In this document: positions 12,656 to 25,292 of the stretch, piece after piece
How the letters are laid out: every line of letters begins with the position of its first letter
Numbering within the stretch: the stretch's first letter is position 1
Assembly: GCF_040938485.1 (NCBI RefSeq)
Contig: NW_027270980.1
Coordinates: forward strand, 868,001-932,000
Reading direction: 5' to 3'
Source: Diadema antillarum
Lineage: Eukaryota
Length of the DNA stretch: 64,000 nucleotides
Position numbers and translations under genes: made by a program
The notes under the pieces: model-generated
Told to the model about the DNA's origin: nothing
Seen by the model: the letters and a program-made list of their open reading frames with translations, nothing else
The model's database searches: none

Positions 12656-15600
12656 TTATATGTCTCTCTCTTTTCCAAAGGTTTGCCCTGTTGCTAACAG
12701 GGCAAAATGTTGACATTCAGGAGGAGAGACTACAGAGGTAATATGCCTGATGTCCCAAGTACTATTATTATCATGCTCATTCTTCAATCTTCCCCATATG
12801 CAGTGCTCATAATGGCCCGGCAGACAATTGGCTTCGGCACAAACCATGCCAGACTATTCGCTATGTTTGTGTGCGTGTCCTCTCCGGCCAATTGCCTGCA
12901 AGCCAGAGCTTGATGTTAATCAAAAAAGAAAAAAAAAAGAAAAAAGAAAATCAGAGTCGGACAGCACGCAGAAGAGAAAGCAAAATGAACATTCAACAAA
13001 ATTTGGAAGAAGCAACAATGAGATCTGACATGAGGTTTGATGGCGGGTCCAATGTAATGAATGTCTGGGATGAGATGATTTTGGCGGTGATCGGTGATTG
13101 AGACGCGTCATTGGTAAGATAATGACTGACAGTGACACACCGGCCACAGACAGAGGACTGAGTCTTTCTCCAGGTCTCCGGTGTTTCCTCCAAGAAAGGA
13201 TGTTTTCCTATTCCCCTACCCTATCCCCCTACCTCTTCCCCCATCCCCCATCCTCCATCACCACTACAACCACCACCAGCAGCAGCAGCAGCAAACTACC
13301 ATTTCATCTTCCATCCCTTGGGGCTGCAATGTGCTCAGCATACATCCAGCATCTTAATTAGGGACTGTCTCTCATCACATCCTGATTATCAATCTCTCCC
13401 AGTTTCTTCTCTCCTTGTTGTTTTTCCTCCCTCACTTCTTTGGTGTGGGTGCACATGGCATGCATTCTCTCATCTTTTGTGCATATTTTTTTTTAAGAAA
13501 AAAGAAAAAAAAAGAAAAAATGCAATCGCATAATTACCAGTAGGCCTACATTCGTAAACAAACTTACAATATGAGCAAGGGGAAAGATATTGCTGATCCG
13601 ATCCATGTTTCCAAGATGTAAAATGATCTAAATCTTTAAACTCCTCAAAAATTTTGTATTCTAGTTGGAGTACCGCATATTACATGCATTATGTAAAGAA
13701 AGTAATCATTCACTACAGTAGACCCCATCTTATAAATCAACTTGAGCCTGCATGAATTGCTTGGAATCATTTCAGAATTGTTTTCTGATTTATTTTTTTT
13801 TCTCTTTCACAATTTAAGAAACTTTACATGTTGTCTCAGGATTTTCAGTCGATTCTGTGCCAGTGTGTGTGTGTGTAAACACACTGGATGCCAGACGTGG
13901 GTTCACCCTATATTGCATTGGCATGCTGTGTCCAGTTCCAAAATCAGCTACTCAAATTGGCAACAGCACTGTCATGCCTCTTCTGCATACATCATGCACA
14001 GACAAGAATGAGAAACTGCTCTAATGGATGTGATGAATAAAGATCGTCTGGGTAGAATGACTCGTGAAGAGTCTTCTCGCCACGCTCCCAGAATCTAATC
14101 CTATTTATGCCTCAGAGGGCTGTAACGTAATATTGAATGCAGCAGCGTGAATGGTGGCGTAACATTTCTTTCTTTTCTGCACAAGGCGACTTCCCTTAAA
14201 TTGCCTACAAGTGAATGCGAAGATTGGATAGGACTTCTCTTGGTTTTTTTTTAAGGCAATAAATGTTTTATAACAGTTCACAAGTGAGTGATTATGCTTA
14301 AAAATAACTTGAGGTGCATGATCTTCTGTATCAAAACTTGGTATTTCTGTAAGTCAGACATTGTACACATTAGGTAAAAGAGAAGTACATATGTATGTAC
14401 TTTTTGAGATTGAACAATTGAGTATCCGGAAACTTCCCTCCCTGAAGACAAATGAACACAACAAAGAAACATTGAGAAACCAACTTATTCCAATTTTCCT
14501 TTGACAAGAAATTATTTACATAGAATAAAGAAACACTCAAACCAAAGTCACACAATACAAACTGCTGATCGCAGCAGAGGTTGACGTTCGATTACACACA
14601 TTTCGAGCAGCAATGAAATCTTTTGAAAATGCCCAGGTTCGAAAATTATCATGATTGACTGAGACTCCCATTACTTCTAAGAACCATGTGATCTTGGCAA
14701 TGAGGTCATAATGGATCCATGCTCTCACGTCACAGACATTCCTTGCCTCAAACTGATAGCTTCTCTTTGTGGAAATTTACAGAGACAAACCGACTAGAAC
14801 CGTTTCTACTGCTCACACATTCCCTCACCCATTCCACTCGCAAAATAAGAATACAATGCCATTTAATTCCTCCATCCATGCTTACTCTTCCCATTTGAGT
14901 AAGTGGCACCAGGCAGCCAGTATGCTGCAAAATTGGAAGAAACGTCGGGGAAATTTTCGACAGCTCTGCTGTGGCAGAATGGGATGGAGTCGAGGGTTTC
15001 GTCACGCTCTATTGAACAATCGGAAAGGGGACGGGGAAAGTCTCCCTCCATTTCACTCTGCACCTTGTTTTCCCCCTGGAGTATAATATGACTCTCCAGA
15101 TTTGGAAAAACAGGTCTTGACGGCTACTAAATACTGAAATAAATCCATGCAGTCACAATGGAAGATAAGGGTGCAAACAAAGAATAGCTTATGTGGGCGG
15201 TCAGTCCATCTGCAATAGAAGCTGTTCAAACTCTATAAATGGCTTTTTTTTCCCCCACTTGGTCTTGGGCAATTAAACATTCTTTCAGGACAAGAGATGG
15301 AGCTCTCCTCCAAAATGGACTACTAGTAGATGGATTTCCAATATAATTCTCAGCACTGAGATTTACAAACATCGGCTTAGATACAACTACAACTGAACCC
15401 AAAGCCATTAGACAATTTTTCGCATCCAAGTTGATTATATGACCAATACAATCATAACAACATATGCTCAAGCTACAAACTTTCAATATTTTGATTGCCT
15501 TCCTATCTCATAATAGCCAAGCACGTACTTGTCTGAACTGTTACACCCTTGTCATGAGTTACAATTTTAAATATGGAGCTGCGGACACTACAAAATCCCA

Positions 15601-18600
15601 TTTTCTCGTTCACCCATTATCTCCATCTATGTTACAAGCCATTCTATTCTGCTCAAGAATACTTGTAGAATGAATTGTTGTTAATTCTCTTTTTATATGA
15701 TCTCTACAAATCGTTTCTAATGCATTTGAGGGTAGTTCTGATCTAACTCAGATGACACCTATCGGCTGATCTGCTTGTATTAAATGTCAATGACATCCAA
15801 AGATAGAGGTCCGAAGAAGCTCAACAAACAGTCGCTCAACTGTTCATGATCACAAATCTAGCTAAACCAGGAGATATGTCATGTGACTTCCCTCAGTCAG
15901 GTGCCACTGTCTACACAGGCCAAGGAGAGATCATCGAATACAAATCATGCAAATACAGAACGTTCGTGTCGAGATGTCAGCGCATGGAGAGCAAATGCGC
16001 GTGCAAGAGACAACGACCCCTGCACTGGAAGAGGGGAGAGGGAGCGCTGTCGCTGGCAATTCAGCAATGTCACGCTGCGGGATTACTATCGAGTCCGAAT
16101 ATCGCGACAAATTATGAATAATTCATCCAATCCAGTCTGGGAATAAAGGTCAGCAGCAAGTGGTGTTATCTCACTCACATCACTGGTCTCCAAAGATTCT
16201 TGGCACTGATTGCATACACATTTCACTATTTTTAGTCTATTCCTATTCTAGTCACAGGCATTCCAGAGAAGCTGTAAATCCATGCCAGGTTCATAACGTC
16301 CCCCTAACCCCCAAACCCCCCCCCCAAAAAAAAAAAAACCCCTAAAGAGAATGACATAGAACAAAACTAAGAAGTCTATATGTATCTAGTATGAAAATGA
16401 TAGAAAAATGGTAGCCAACTAAATACGATATATGCAATATGGGTGACGCAACGCATGAGAGGGACATTCAGAAGAATGCAAGACTAATCTTTCCACCGTC
16501 AGAAAATAGAAAGCCAAAGCAATGATTTCACAGTCTTTTGTTATACGTAGTTTACGGTTGGCACATGGTGCGTGCATCACTCTGGCCAGGTGAGGGTGTT
16601 TTGGAACTAGTTCCCATGGCGATGAATACCTATGACATCACACTTTGGTACTCTACATAGGCTCACTTGTTAAACTGGTCATGGCATTGCAAAATTGCTT
16701 GTTTATTCTCTCATATCAACAACAAACAAAAACAACCCTTTCAGATCCAAATTCACAATATTGATAAATGATTTTTTTTTTAATAGATACAAAAACATTT
16801 CATACTTAATACCTTGCTTGCCTTTAGAACTAGTACGAGTACATGAAATTAAAGTTAAAAGAGGCTCTTAGCTGCAATCAACAAATCTGTAATAAGTGAA
16901 CGCAACTCACAACGAAATCAAACTGACTATATCCAACCATGTGTGGCTTCAAGAGAGGATACAACTTTAGCAGGCTACCATTACGGTTCCGAAATTGGAA
17001 GGGACTCGATAAAGAATGCATGATCTCGGCATCTGTTTCCACCGCCGTTCACCGGCTTCCACAGTGGAAACACTGCGAGTATGGGGTTTCCGTCTACGGT
17101 TTAGAGCCATCTTCACTGAATTATTCACAAAACACTATCGGGCTTGCACTCTTTGAGCTTGAGGTGAGGATCAGTGGGTATCTTCCCCAATCTTTGCCTC
17201 CCGTGTCATCTCTAAAATCCCAAGCATATCATCATCATTTCCCCACTCTGTCCAGCAAAATTCAAAGTCATACTTGAAGTTATATTGACCATCCATCTAC
17301 CGGTCAAAACAAAATGAAAATAGAGAATAAAAGAAAAAGTGAAGGAGAGAAAGAAAGACAGAAAATCCAACGAAAGAATGAGGGAAAATAAAATAAAATC
17401 TGCACGGTTTTTGCATCCTGTGATCACAGCATGCTAAACTGCAGAGTTTGGGTAATTTGCAAACTTGTGAATCAGCGACCATCTCATCACTGCAAAAGCA
17501 TTCATCATGCCTGAACCAGTATCCATTGCAATGAATAAAAGCATCTTACCACTCAATCAAAACAAACAAAAACAATATCACGGGAATATACCAGAAGCAA
17601 AATTTAAAGATATTGATACAAGACACACATGTGAATGCAACCTTTCAGTTCTTATAATCTGGGCACAGCTGGGTGATATACACAAACTCTCACTGTGTAA
17701 AATACATGCTGTCCATCAAATCACCAGGAGATGTACGAGATTTCCACATAGGGGGCATGCTGCTGTGATGTGGAAACCAGTCCACTCATTCCCACATACA
17801 CATAATCTGTATTTATGGGACGTTTACTGTACCTCAAATACTACGGCTTCAGTAAATGCAGAAATATTTGAGCACTTTTACTGAAGTTGTAAGGAAATTT
17901 GACAAATTTGATCAAAAGTTAAGAATCTTTACAGTTTTGGGTAAATCTATGTGCTGTAATCGCTGGTTATGAATACTTCAACATCTGTGATGTCACAGTC
18001 AGACAATGATTACAAAAAAACACAGAAAGAGAACTACACAAAGTCTCTTTATTTAAGGTTAAAAAAATGCACATTCCTTCCCTTTGTTACTGTGGTTGAA
18101 TGAGTTGCAAATCAAGTGCTCTATCATTATGCGAGAAAAATGGAAATATGTTGAAGGCAAAAGCTGGCAAATATCAGCTTTGGTGGCAGGTCACTTTACA
18201 AGTAGCTCCTCATCAATGATATCTTCTTCTTTACCAAACATGACCCAGGCGACTTTGCAAAGTGGATGTCACCACAGGGGGAAAACGATTAACCCTTGTA
18301 TTCGCCAACTTTCACAGCAAGCATCGGTGGATGACCACAGGAACACACCGTGGCCTTTGGAGAGGAAATTGACCAGCCTTATCCATGACCGCTGAACTTG
18401 CCGAGCCCCATCCTCCCCCCCCCCCACACAACTCTGTCAGTCAGGGTGAGTATGCAATAGCACACTTGCCAAGCCCCGTCGAAGTCTCCTAAAGCCAGGT
18501 GGCATAGGATTACAAACCTCTATATTACACTGCCAGCAAGCTTCTCAGAAGTCCAGTAGGAGAGGCCTTCTATTCGCACTGAACGAAGGGTATCGGTGAG

Positions 18601-18811
18601 CACGTGACCTGTGTAAGACTTCCTACCAAACACAGCACAAATTGTTGGTTGGGAGGGAGAGCTACACATATCAAGCAAAGACCTCACACCAGACATTGAC
18701 ATCGACTCTGAAATATTTTTCATTTTCTATCTAGACTCGTGCTCAAAATCGACAGAACCATAATATCAATGCAGCCAGTGACGATGATGTGCACATGGTT
18801 TGAGATATTAA

Positions 18812-19198
18812 AGGGACTGTACGTACTGGTTGAAGTGGGGATTCATGTTTTGAGCATTCCTAAGTGAGATAATGAGAAACCTCTTGTGAAATATGAAAGA
18901 GCATGTAATTTTAAGAAGGATTCAACATTTATTTGATGAAAATTGGTTTTCAAATGGCTGAGATATCCAAAAAGTGGTAATAATAAAAGGCGACAGGCCA
19001 CGCCTTTTATTATGATCTCTTTGTTTCACCTTGTTTTTCGATATCTCAGCCATTTCAAAACTGATTTTCATCAAATAAACTTTTGATACCCCTTAGAATT
19101 GCATGCTCTTTGACATCTCAATCAATAGAGTGGTTTCTGAATATCTCGCAAAACGTTGAAAGCTAAATCCTCACCTCGACCAGAACTGTACACACCCT
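18812..19198. mobile_element. MITE, Kolobok-type ends (TTAA|AGGG...CCCT|TTAA), copy 1
   Basis: TTAA at 18808-18811 and 19199-19202. Long imperfect internal inverted arms (TTTGATGAAAATTGGTTTT...AAAACTGATTTTCATCAAA) and a central perfect 13-bp hairpin (18980-19013). Homologous to 24659-25041. Confidence 0.8.
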
Positions 19199-21062
19199 TT
19201 AAGTGCATAGGAGAGACAGACACTTTGGTCACAGGGTTGAAAAAAATGGCATTGAAGGCACTAGGCATTGAAGGCACTGAAGGCCTGTAGTGCCTTGGGT
19301 TGTAATAAGATGTGTGGGCGTCCCAACAGGTCACAAGTCTTTGATGGTGATTTACCAAGAGTAAATCTTTTGTTTGGCAACCCTCTGTTTCCCCATCGAT
19401 GATGAGAGCTATTTAATGATTCATTTGCGTGAACCCTACTTTTACGTCATCAGCGAAGTAATATGGGATGCAAAGACCCCATCCAGTCATCTCAAAGACC
19501 TAACTCCTCAACCTCTTACGTAGAGCTCAAGTTTCACAGCTTTTAGAGGATGGCAGCATCCCCTTCATAAACAGGTATGTTTGAAATCAAATCACGAAAA
19601 AGCAACAGAAATACGAAGTACTGAGTTCTGATTGGTTGAAAGTCACGTTTCAAAACTCTTTGTCCGATTTAACACAAATCTTGTAAGGCATGGAGACCAA
19701 GACAATGCTGATAAAAGGCTACGATCATGATATAGCACACATAATTTTCTGGAAGACGGCAACTCAGAACTGGTATTGTCCATGTGTTTGTGGAGAAAAA
19801 CTCCAGCTCCTTAGGCAGTGTCTTCTAGGCCCCCCAGTCACAGGACCTCTATAGCATTGTCATGACGGGGCAGAGTCTGGTGTTGGCTTTCACAACTTCT
19901 CATGCTTCTAATATCAATTAACAAGCAAACTGACAGGATTGCCAAGATCAACACTTGCGCGGTTTGGGGGGGGGGGAGGGTAAGCAGGATGTACAGCGGT
20001 TTTTAGATTGATCCGACTTAATACCTGCTGATGCACTTGCCCCAACCCCTATCTCTTTCAGGATTGCAATTAACGTGTCAGATCGATGCGAGCTTCAAGA
20101 GACACGCCACCGTTTTAAAGAGACTCCGTGCGAAGGGCAGAGCAGGCTGCGCGGCCGAGGGGCCCCCTCTATCTGTCGCCTCTATCTGCCGACACTCAAA
20201 TGGCATCTGACAGGGGGCTTCCTGACCGCACTGAACCCTCATCCTCCCCGCTAATTGGGACCTCGTTTGCTTCTTGTCCCGATACCATGGAGGGTGCGTA
20301 CATGTTTTGAGGGGAAATTGAATCACCAACGTCTGCATCAAACTACTGGGTAGCATGTACACACAGACACACACACACACAGACACACACACAAACATAC
20401 ACCTATACACAAACGCACACACACAAACACGTAACACTAGTACATAAGACTTAGAAGATGAAAGTAGGCCCTTCCTGAGGAATGTTTGACAATAAGCACG
20501 TACCCGTATGGCCTTACCGCAAATACTCTTGGCCACTCAATGATTAAATAGAAATGAATTTCACACAACTGTTGACATACAGTATGTGCACGCCTGTAAT
20601 CGGAGCAGCTGAGCTCAGTTCTACTCACGAAATGAGCAAAATTGAACGACCAGAACTTGCTATTATTTGCATTGCGGTGAGGACATACCATAATATGGGG
20701 CTAGCTGGGGCCATACAAGCCCAAATACCAAAGTGAGGAAAATCATTATAACAATTTTTTTTTTCAATTTTTCAAGAGCAGAAAGAGGGATTCCTGCGAT
20801 GATTCAGCATGGGTTTAAGTTAAAATCGGACGATCGTCATCCCTAATGGTACGTAAACTCCGAACAACCGAAGTTTGTGCATGCAATTGCGCAATGCCAG
20901 ACTCGGTGCTATATCCATAAACGTGTGGGACAATGCTACCACTGAGACACGTGTGTGTGTGTGCGTGTGTGTGTACGCATCATACACAAACATTGTGACC
21001 GCGAGCTGCTGTGATTGGAGGAGAGAGGCCAGAAGACGCGTGGCTCTTTTGGTCTCTCTTCA

Positions 21063-21129
21063 TGCGCATGCGCAATGAGAGTGTGCGTCCATTCGGAAGC
21101 TCTCGTGGCTCGCTCGGACAGCCATTTTG
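21063..21129. promoter_or_regulatory. Candidate promoter/enhancer motif cluster (NRF1-like, ETS, YY1-like)
   Basis: TGCGCATGCGCA (21063-21074), CGGAAG (21094-21099) and GCCATTTTG (21121-21129) in a CpG-enriched patch. Confidence 0.35.
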
Positions 21130-21982
21130 GGTCAGGAGATTTGTAGCGCAGAACTCTTGTAGTCTAGAGTGTTGTTCGCTGACCCATTGAGCCAGCGCTA
21201 TTCTCATTCGGGGTCACTACATTTGATACAGAATGGGGGAGGCAGCGTGTTGCCTTCCTCTCCGTGCCGCACAAACCACTTGCCAAGATTGTATGCCTTT
21301 AACTCTTTCAGCCCCACCATGTCAAAATGGCACTAAGTTTGTATGCAAGCAAGTCGCGGGCTACACAGTATGACGGTGCTTTATATTTGGTTGATTATAC
21401 CCCTTGCTCTTGAGCACAGTCAGCCAGAAAAGCCATGATAGAGCAAAAGAGGACAGAAGCCATGCACCCTTCCCTCACAGAATGGGGGAAGGGGGGGGGG
21501 GGGGCAAAGCAACCCTTCCCTCACAGAATTGGGGGGGGGGGGAGGTATAGAGGTAGAGAATGGGAAGGATGGACTCCAACCAAGAGGAAAAAAGAACAAT
21601 GAAACACAAAAGAGGCTCATAAAGACAGGAAAATGGTTAGTACTGAAAACAAACAAAAAAATAACAAAGGAATTGAATGGTAATTTTCCTTGGGTGCTTG
21701 CCTCTGTTATGATACCCCTTCTAATCTTGGTAACAAAATACTGTGTTGCATGCCTAAGCAAATGCAATAAACTTGCATTACAATCAGCGAGCTTTGAGCG
21801 AGAGCAAGTTGTCAAAATCAATTGGCCATAGAAGTGAAATATCAATTTAGGGGCAATCTGCAAAATGATAAGGCCAGTTGAAAGTGCCATATGATGCTTG
21901 AAAACAAACATAAAAAAACACACCCCTGAAAATGCTTAAAAAGTTAATGATGCCAAATTATCCCTCCAGCCTAAACTGGCAG

Positions 21983-22113
21983 CTAATTAATTGAATAATT
22001 AATCATCGAGAAAGGTCATTAGTACATTACTACCTTGATCCGGGGAAATTGTACTAAAGCAAGGTAAATAGTCATCCCTACGCGCTTTAATCGGCTTTTA
22101 TGGCTTTTATGGC
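21983..22113. promoter_or_regulatory. Candidate developmental enhancer (homeodomain and posterior Hox/Cdx sites)
   Basis: CTAATTAATTGAATAATTAATC, AGGTCA (22013-22018) and tandem TTTTATGG at 22096 and 22105. Confidence 0.3.
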
Positions 22114-23235
22114 ATATGTTTTCTCTCTTGCACTACCCAAAAGCGCTTTCTGCCTGTGGAAACTGATCATGATATTCTTGACAAGTCAGCACATTCATTT
22201 ATGGAATGAAAACTTTGAGCAATAATGGTTGCATCAATCACGTCATGAGAATTCTCATTCTTTTGTTGATGGCTGCATGTGTTACATTAAAAAGTTATAA
22301 TCTCTCCCTCTATGTGCATCTGTTACCAGTGAAGAAGAATGGAAAACAGATCATGGCTGTTACCTTGCATAAGGCATGAAAGAAGAGAACATAGACGGAG
22401 GGGGAGGAGAGGGGAAGGAGGTGGTGGGGAGAAAGAATGGGCAGGGCGGTAATGATAGCCCGGATCACACCCACCCAAAATAAATGGTTTTCAAACATTG
22501 ATTTTTGCAACATGATGCAAAAACTGTTAAGTCTTGTGTGTGGACAGGGGGAAAAAATTGTTGACTATTATGATTTGCATCATGATGCAAAAATCATTCA
22601 ACTCTGATTTTCTTTTGAGTCCTTGCATTTACCTTGCGCAGTGTGTGAACCACGCCCTTTACAGTGCTTTTCTTGCAGGAGGATGAACGTTTTTTTCGGC
22701 CATATGTGGACGCTGGCAAATGAAATTTGAGTTTTGGAGCTTTCTCCAAGAAAACTGCAACTCTTCTATGTGAATAGGCCTATTGTAGATCCCCGCAATG
22801 AGATGCTGGTAGTTTGTGTGGACTATCCATTGCATCTGATACAGCAGACTGCCTGCAAGGGGTGGATTGTTCTAGGGCCAGTCTCATATTTCTTTGAAAT
22901 TAGACCTCTGAGGGCACTTACTGACCTTGCTCACAGCAGTTATCTATTCCTATTTTTTTTTTCATGTATAATTTCAATACCATTTGCTGGATCATATTCC
23001 TAATGATTACTGAAACATATGTTGGCTAAATTTCCATCACTAGGTAGAAGAGCATGACTGAAGACTTACTTTTACTCAAACAAAATCACAAAGGCACATG
23101 TATGTAAATGCTATTGCATTTATGCATATTATTAAGTGCTGATGATAGAAAACCTAACCAAGAAGCTACAAGTATCAAAACATCGTTTGAACTCTGAATG
23201 CCCTCATGTTAAAGGGATCATCTTCCCCTTTCATC

Positions 23236-23266
<31 letters not shown>

Positions 23267-24658
23267 AAACATCAATCATACCAAATTACAACAAGATTAA
23301 CTATATTCCCCAAATGTCAACTTGCTGCACGGATCTATACTTCCCCACCCTTGCCCCTCTCTTTCACACCCCCCCCCCTCCCTGCCCCAACCGCAACAAG
23401 CCACTGATGGAAAAATTGTCATCTACACCATTATACCGACCAAGAGGGGGTAAATCTGTCAGGGGGTAATTCTGCAGTTTCTCAAATCTCTGAGTAATCT
23501 GGTAACTTCTCATCATATATCAATGATAATTTGAGAGACAGAAAAACTCCAACAATTCTGTGGAAGCCATGACTCAGTTGAGAAGTGACAAAACACAGAA
23601 ACTCACTTCTGTGCACTCCGTAGGACTAGGAGTATGCAGTGTACGCAGGCACAAATTAAAACCCGACCTCCATAAACTGCACCCATCTCAACATCAGAGC
23701 ATATCCACTTCTTTTCACTGGAAAATTAGAGTCAATAAAACTTAAGATTGCCCATTACTGCATTGCACAATGCTTTGCTTTATGAAAAGTGAAAAAACAA
23801 AACAAAAACAAACAAACAAACAACACAAAATGACAACTCAGAAATCCATGCTTCATTGCTATCAAGTTTCACAAATTATCAGAAGTCATAAGTACAAGGA
23901 GAATGACACACAGAAATCTCTCGAGTCCAGTTGCATATGTTTGTTCCAATAGTTTTCTGAAGTCAAATGGTGCGCAGTTACCACCATGTCATTTACTACC
24001 TTCAACATTTATAGAGAGTTCACTTTCAGCGTGGTGTGTACTTTTTTGAGGTAGTGTGTACGTAAGTGCATTACCAGGCTTTCCTATCTCTCTTCAGAAT
24101 CAGTTCTGAGCGACAATGCACCCTACCCCCTTGGCCTTGCGTATCCACCCCTATAATTGCTGTAATTCACAGATCCAATTTACCACCCCTCCTGGCCACC
24201 AGCCAATCCCACTCATCGCTGGCACACATGTACACAGCTTTTTTCCTTTCACCAATACCACCCAAACGAAGTCAAATACGTATCCACAACACATGTAGGA
24301 TGCTCCCGTGTATGCACCAGCTGCCCCAACAGGACCACGAAAGATTTTTCAACCAAAGTGGCGCTCAGGATCATCTCTCCCAAACAAACGCAGAGAGCCC
24401 AGGGTGTGGAAGAAGGGCCAAAAATAATCCAAGAAGAATGAAACACAATGAGATGCTTCAGTGTTCATTTCTATTTTAGAATTTATCAGATCACCCCCTT
24501 TCTCACCTTTACACCCATTGTGAAGTCTTGAAGAAAACAATACATAAAAGGAATAAGAATACAATAATACAAAAATGATGATTCATTACAAAACTATTTG
24601 ATAGATGCCATGATTTCTAAAATAAACTTGAATCAAGAAAAAACACAAAAGCTTTTAA

Positions 24659-25041
24659 AGGGATCGTATAGTTTTGGTTGAGACCTAATTTTAGGTTTCT
24701 AACATTTTTTGGTGAGATAATGAGAAACTTCCTCTAAAATATGAAAGAGCATTGTAATTCTATGAGGAATTCAACATTTATTTGATGAAAATTGGTTTTG
24801 AAATGGCTGAGATATACAAAAAAGATCAATTCTAATAAAGTGTGGGACCCACACTTTATTACGATTGCTTTGTTTTACTTTGTTTTTGGATGTTTCCGTC
24901 ATTCCAAACCTGATTTTCATCAAATAAACTTTTAATTCCTCTTAAAATGGTATGCTCTGTACTATATCATAAGTATTTTCTTGGTATCTCACAAAAAGTT
25001 AAAAGCCCAATTCTCATTTCCACCAATACTGTACCTTCCCT
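24659..25041. mobile_element. MITE, Kolobok-type ends, copy 2 of the same family
   Basis: TTAA at 24655-24658 and 25042-25045 with AGGG/CCCT termini. Shares GTGAGATAATGAGAAAC, AATATGAAAGAGCAT and TTTGATGAAAATTGGTTTT.AAATGGCTGAGATAT with copy 1. Central 13-bp hairpin at 24833-24861. Confidence 0.8.
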
Positions 25042-25127
25042 TTAAACTTGCTGGCATGCAATACATGGAAAATGAAAAAAAAAATCCAGTGAATGTACTC
25101 TGATGAACTATGATATACTTCTGCTGT

Positions 25128-25292
25128 GGCCCGTTGCATAAAACTTACCATTGAATTTCAATGGTAACTACCGTCAAAATTAGGCGTCACAGCCAATCAG
25201 CATCAAGGATTATAAAATTTACCGCTAATTTGAAGACTTACCGCTAGAAAGAAGCGGTAAGTCCAGCGGTAAGGGTTTTATGCAACAGGGCC
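25128..25292. mobile_element. Short MITE, PIF/Harbinger-like ends
   Basis: GGCCCGTTGCATAAAAC (25128-25144) versus GTTTTATGCAACAGGGCC (25275-25292); CTG/CAG trinucleotide context; internal TTACCGCT/AGCGGTAA repeats. Confidence 0.7.

Noticed and set aside
14046-14062. Minus-strand TTC TAC CCA G (FYP-G codons)
   Set aside because: Followed by AC, not a GT donor, and no KH1 sequence upstream.
24047-24055. TGAGGTAGT matching the let-7 5' end
   Set aside because: Diverges after 9 nt and has no precursor hairpin.
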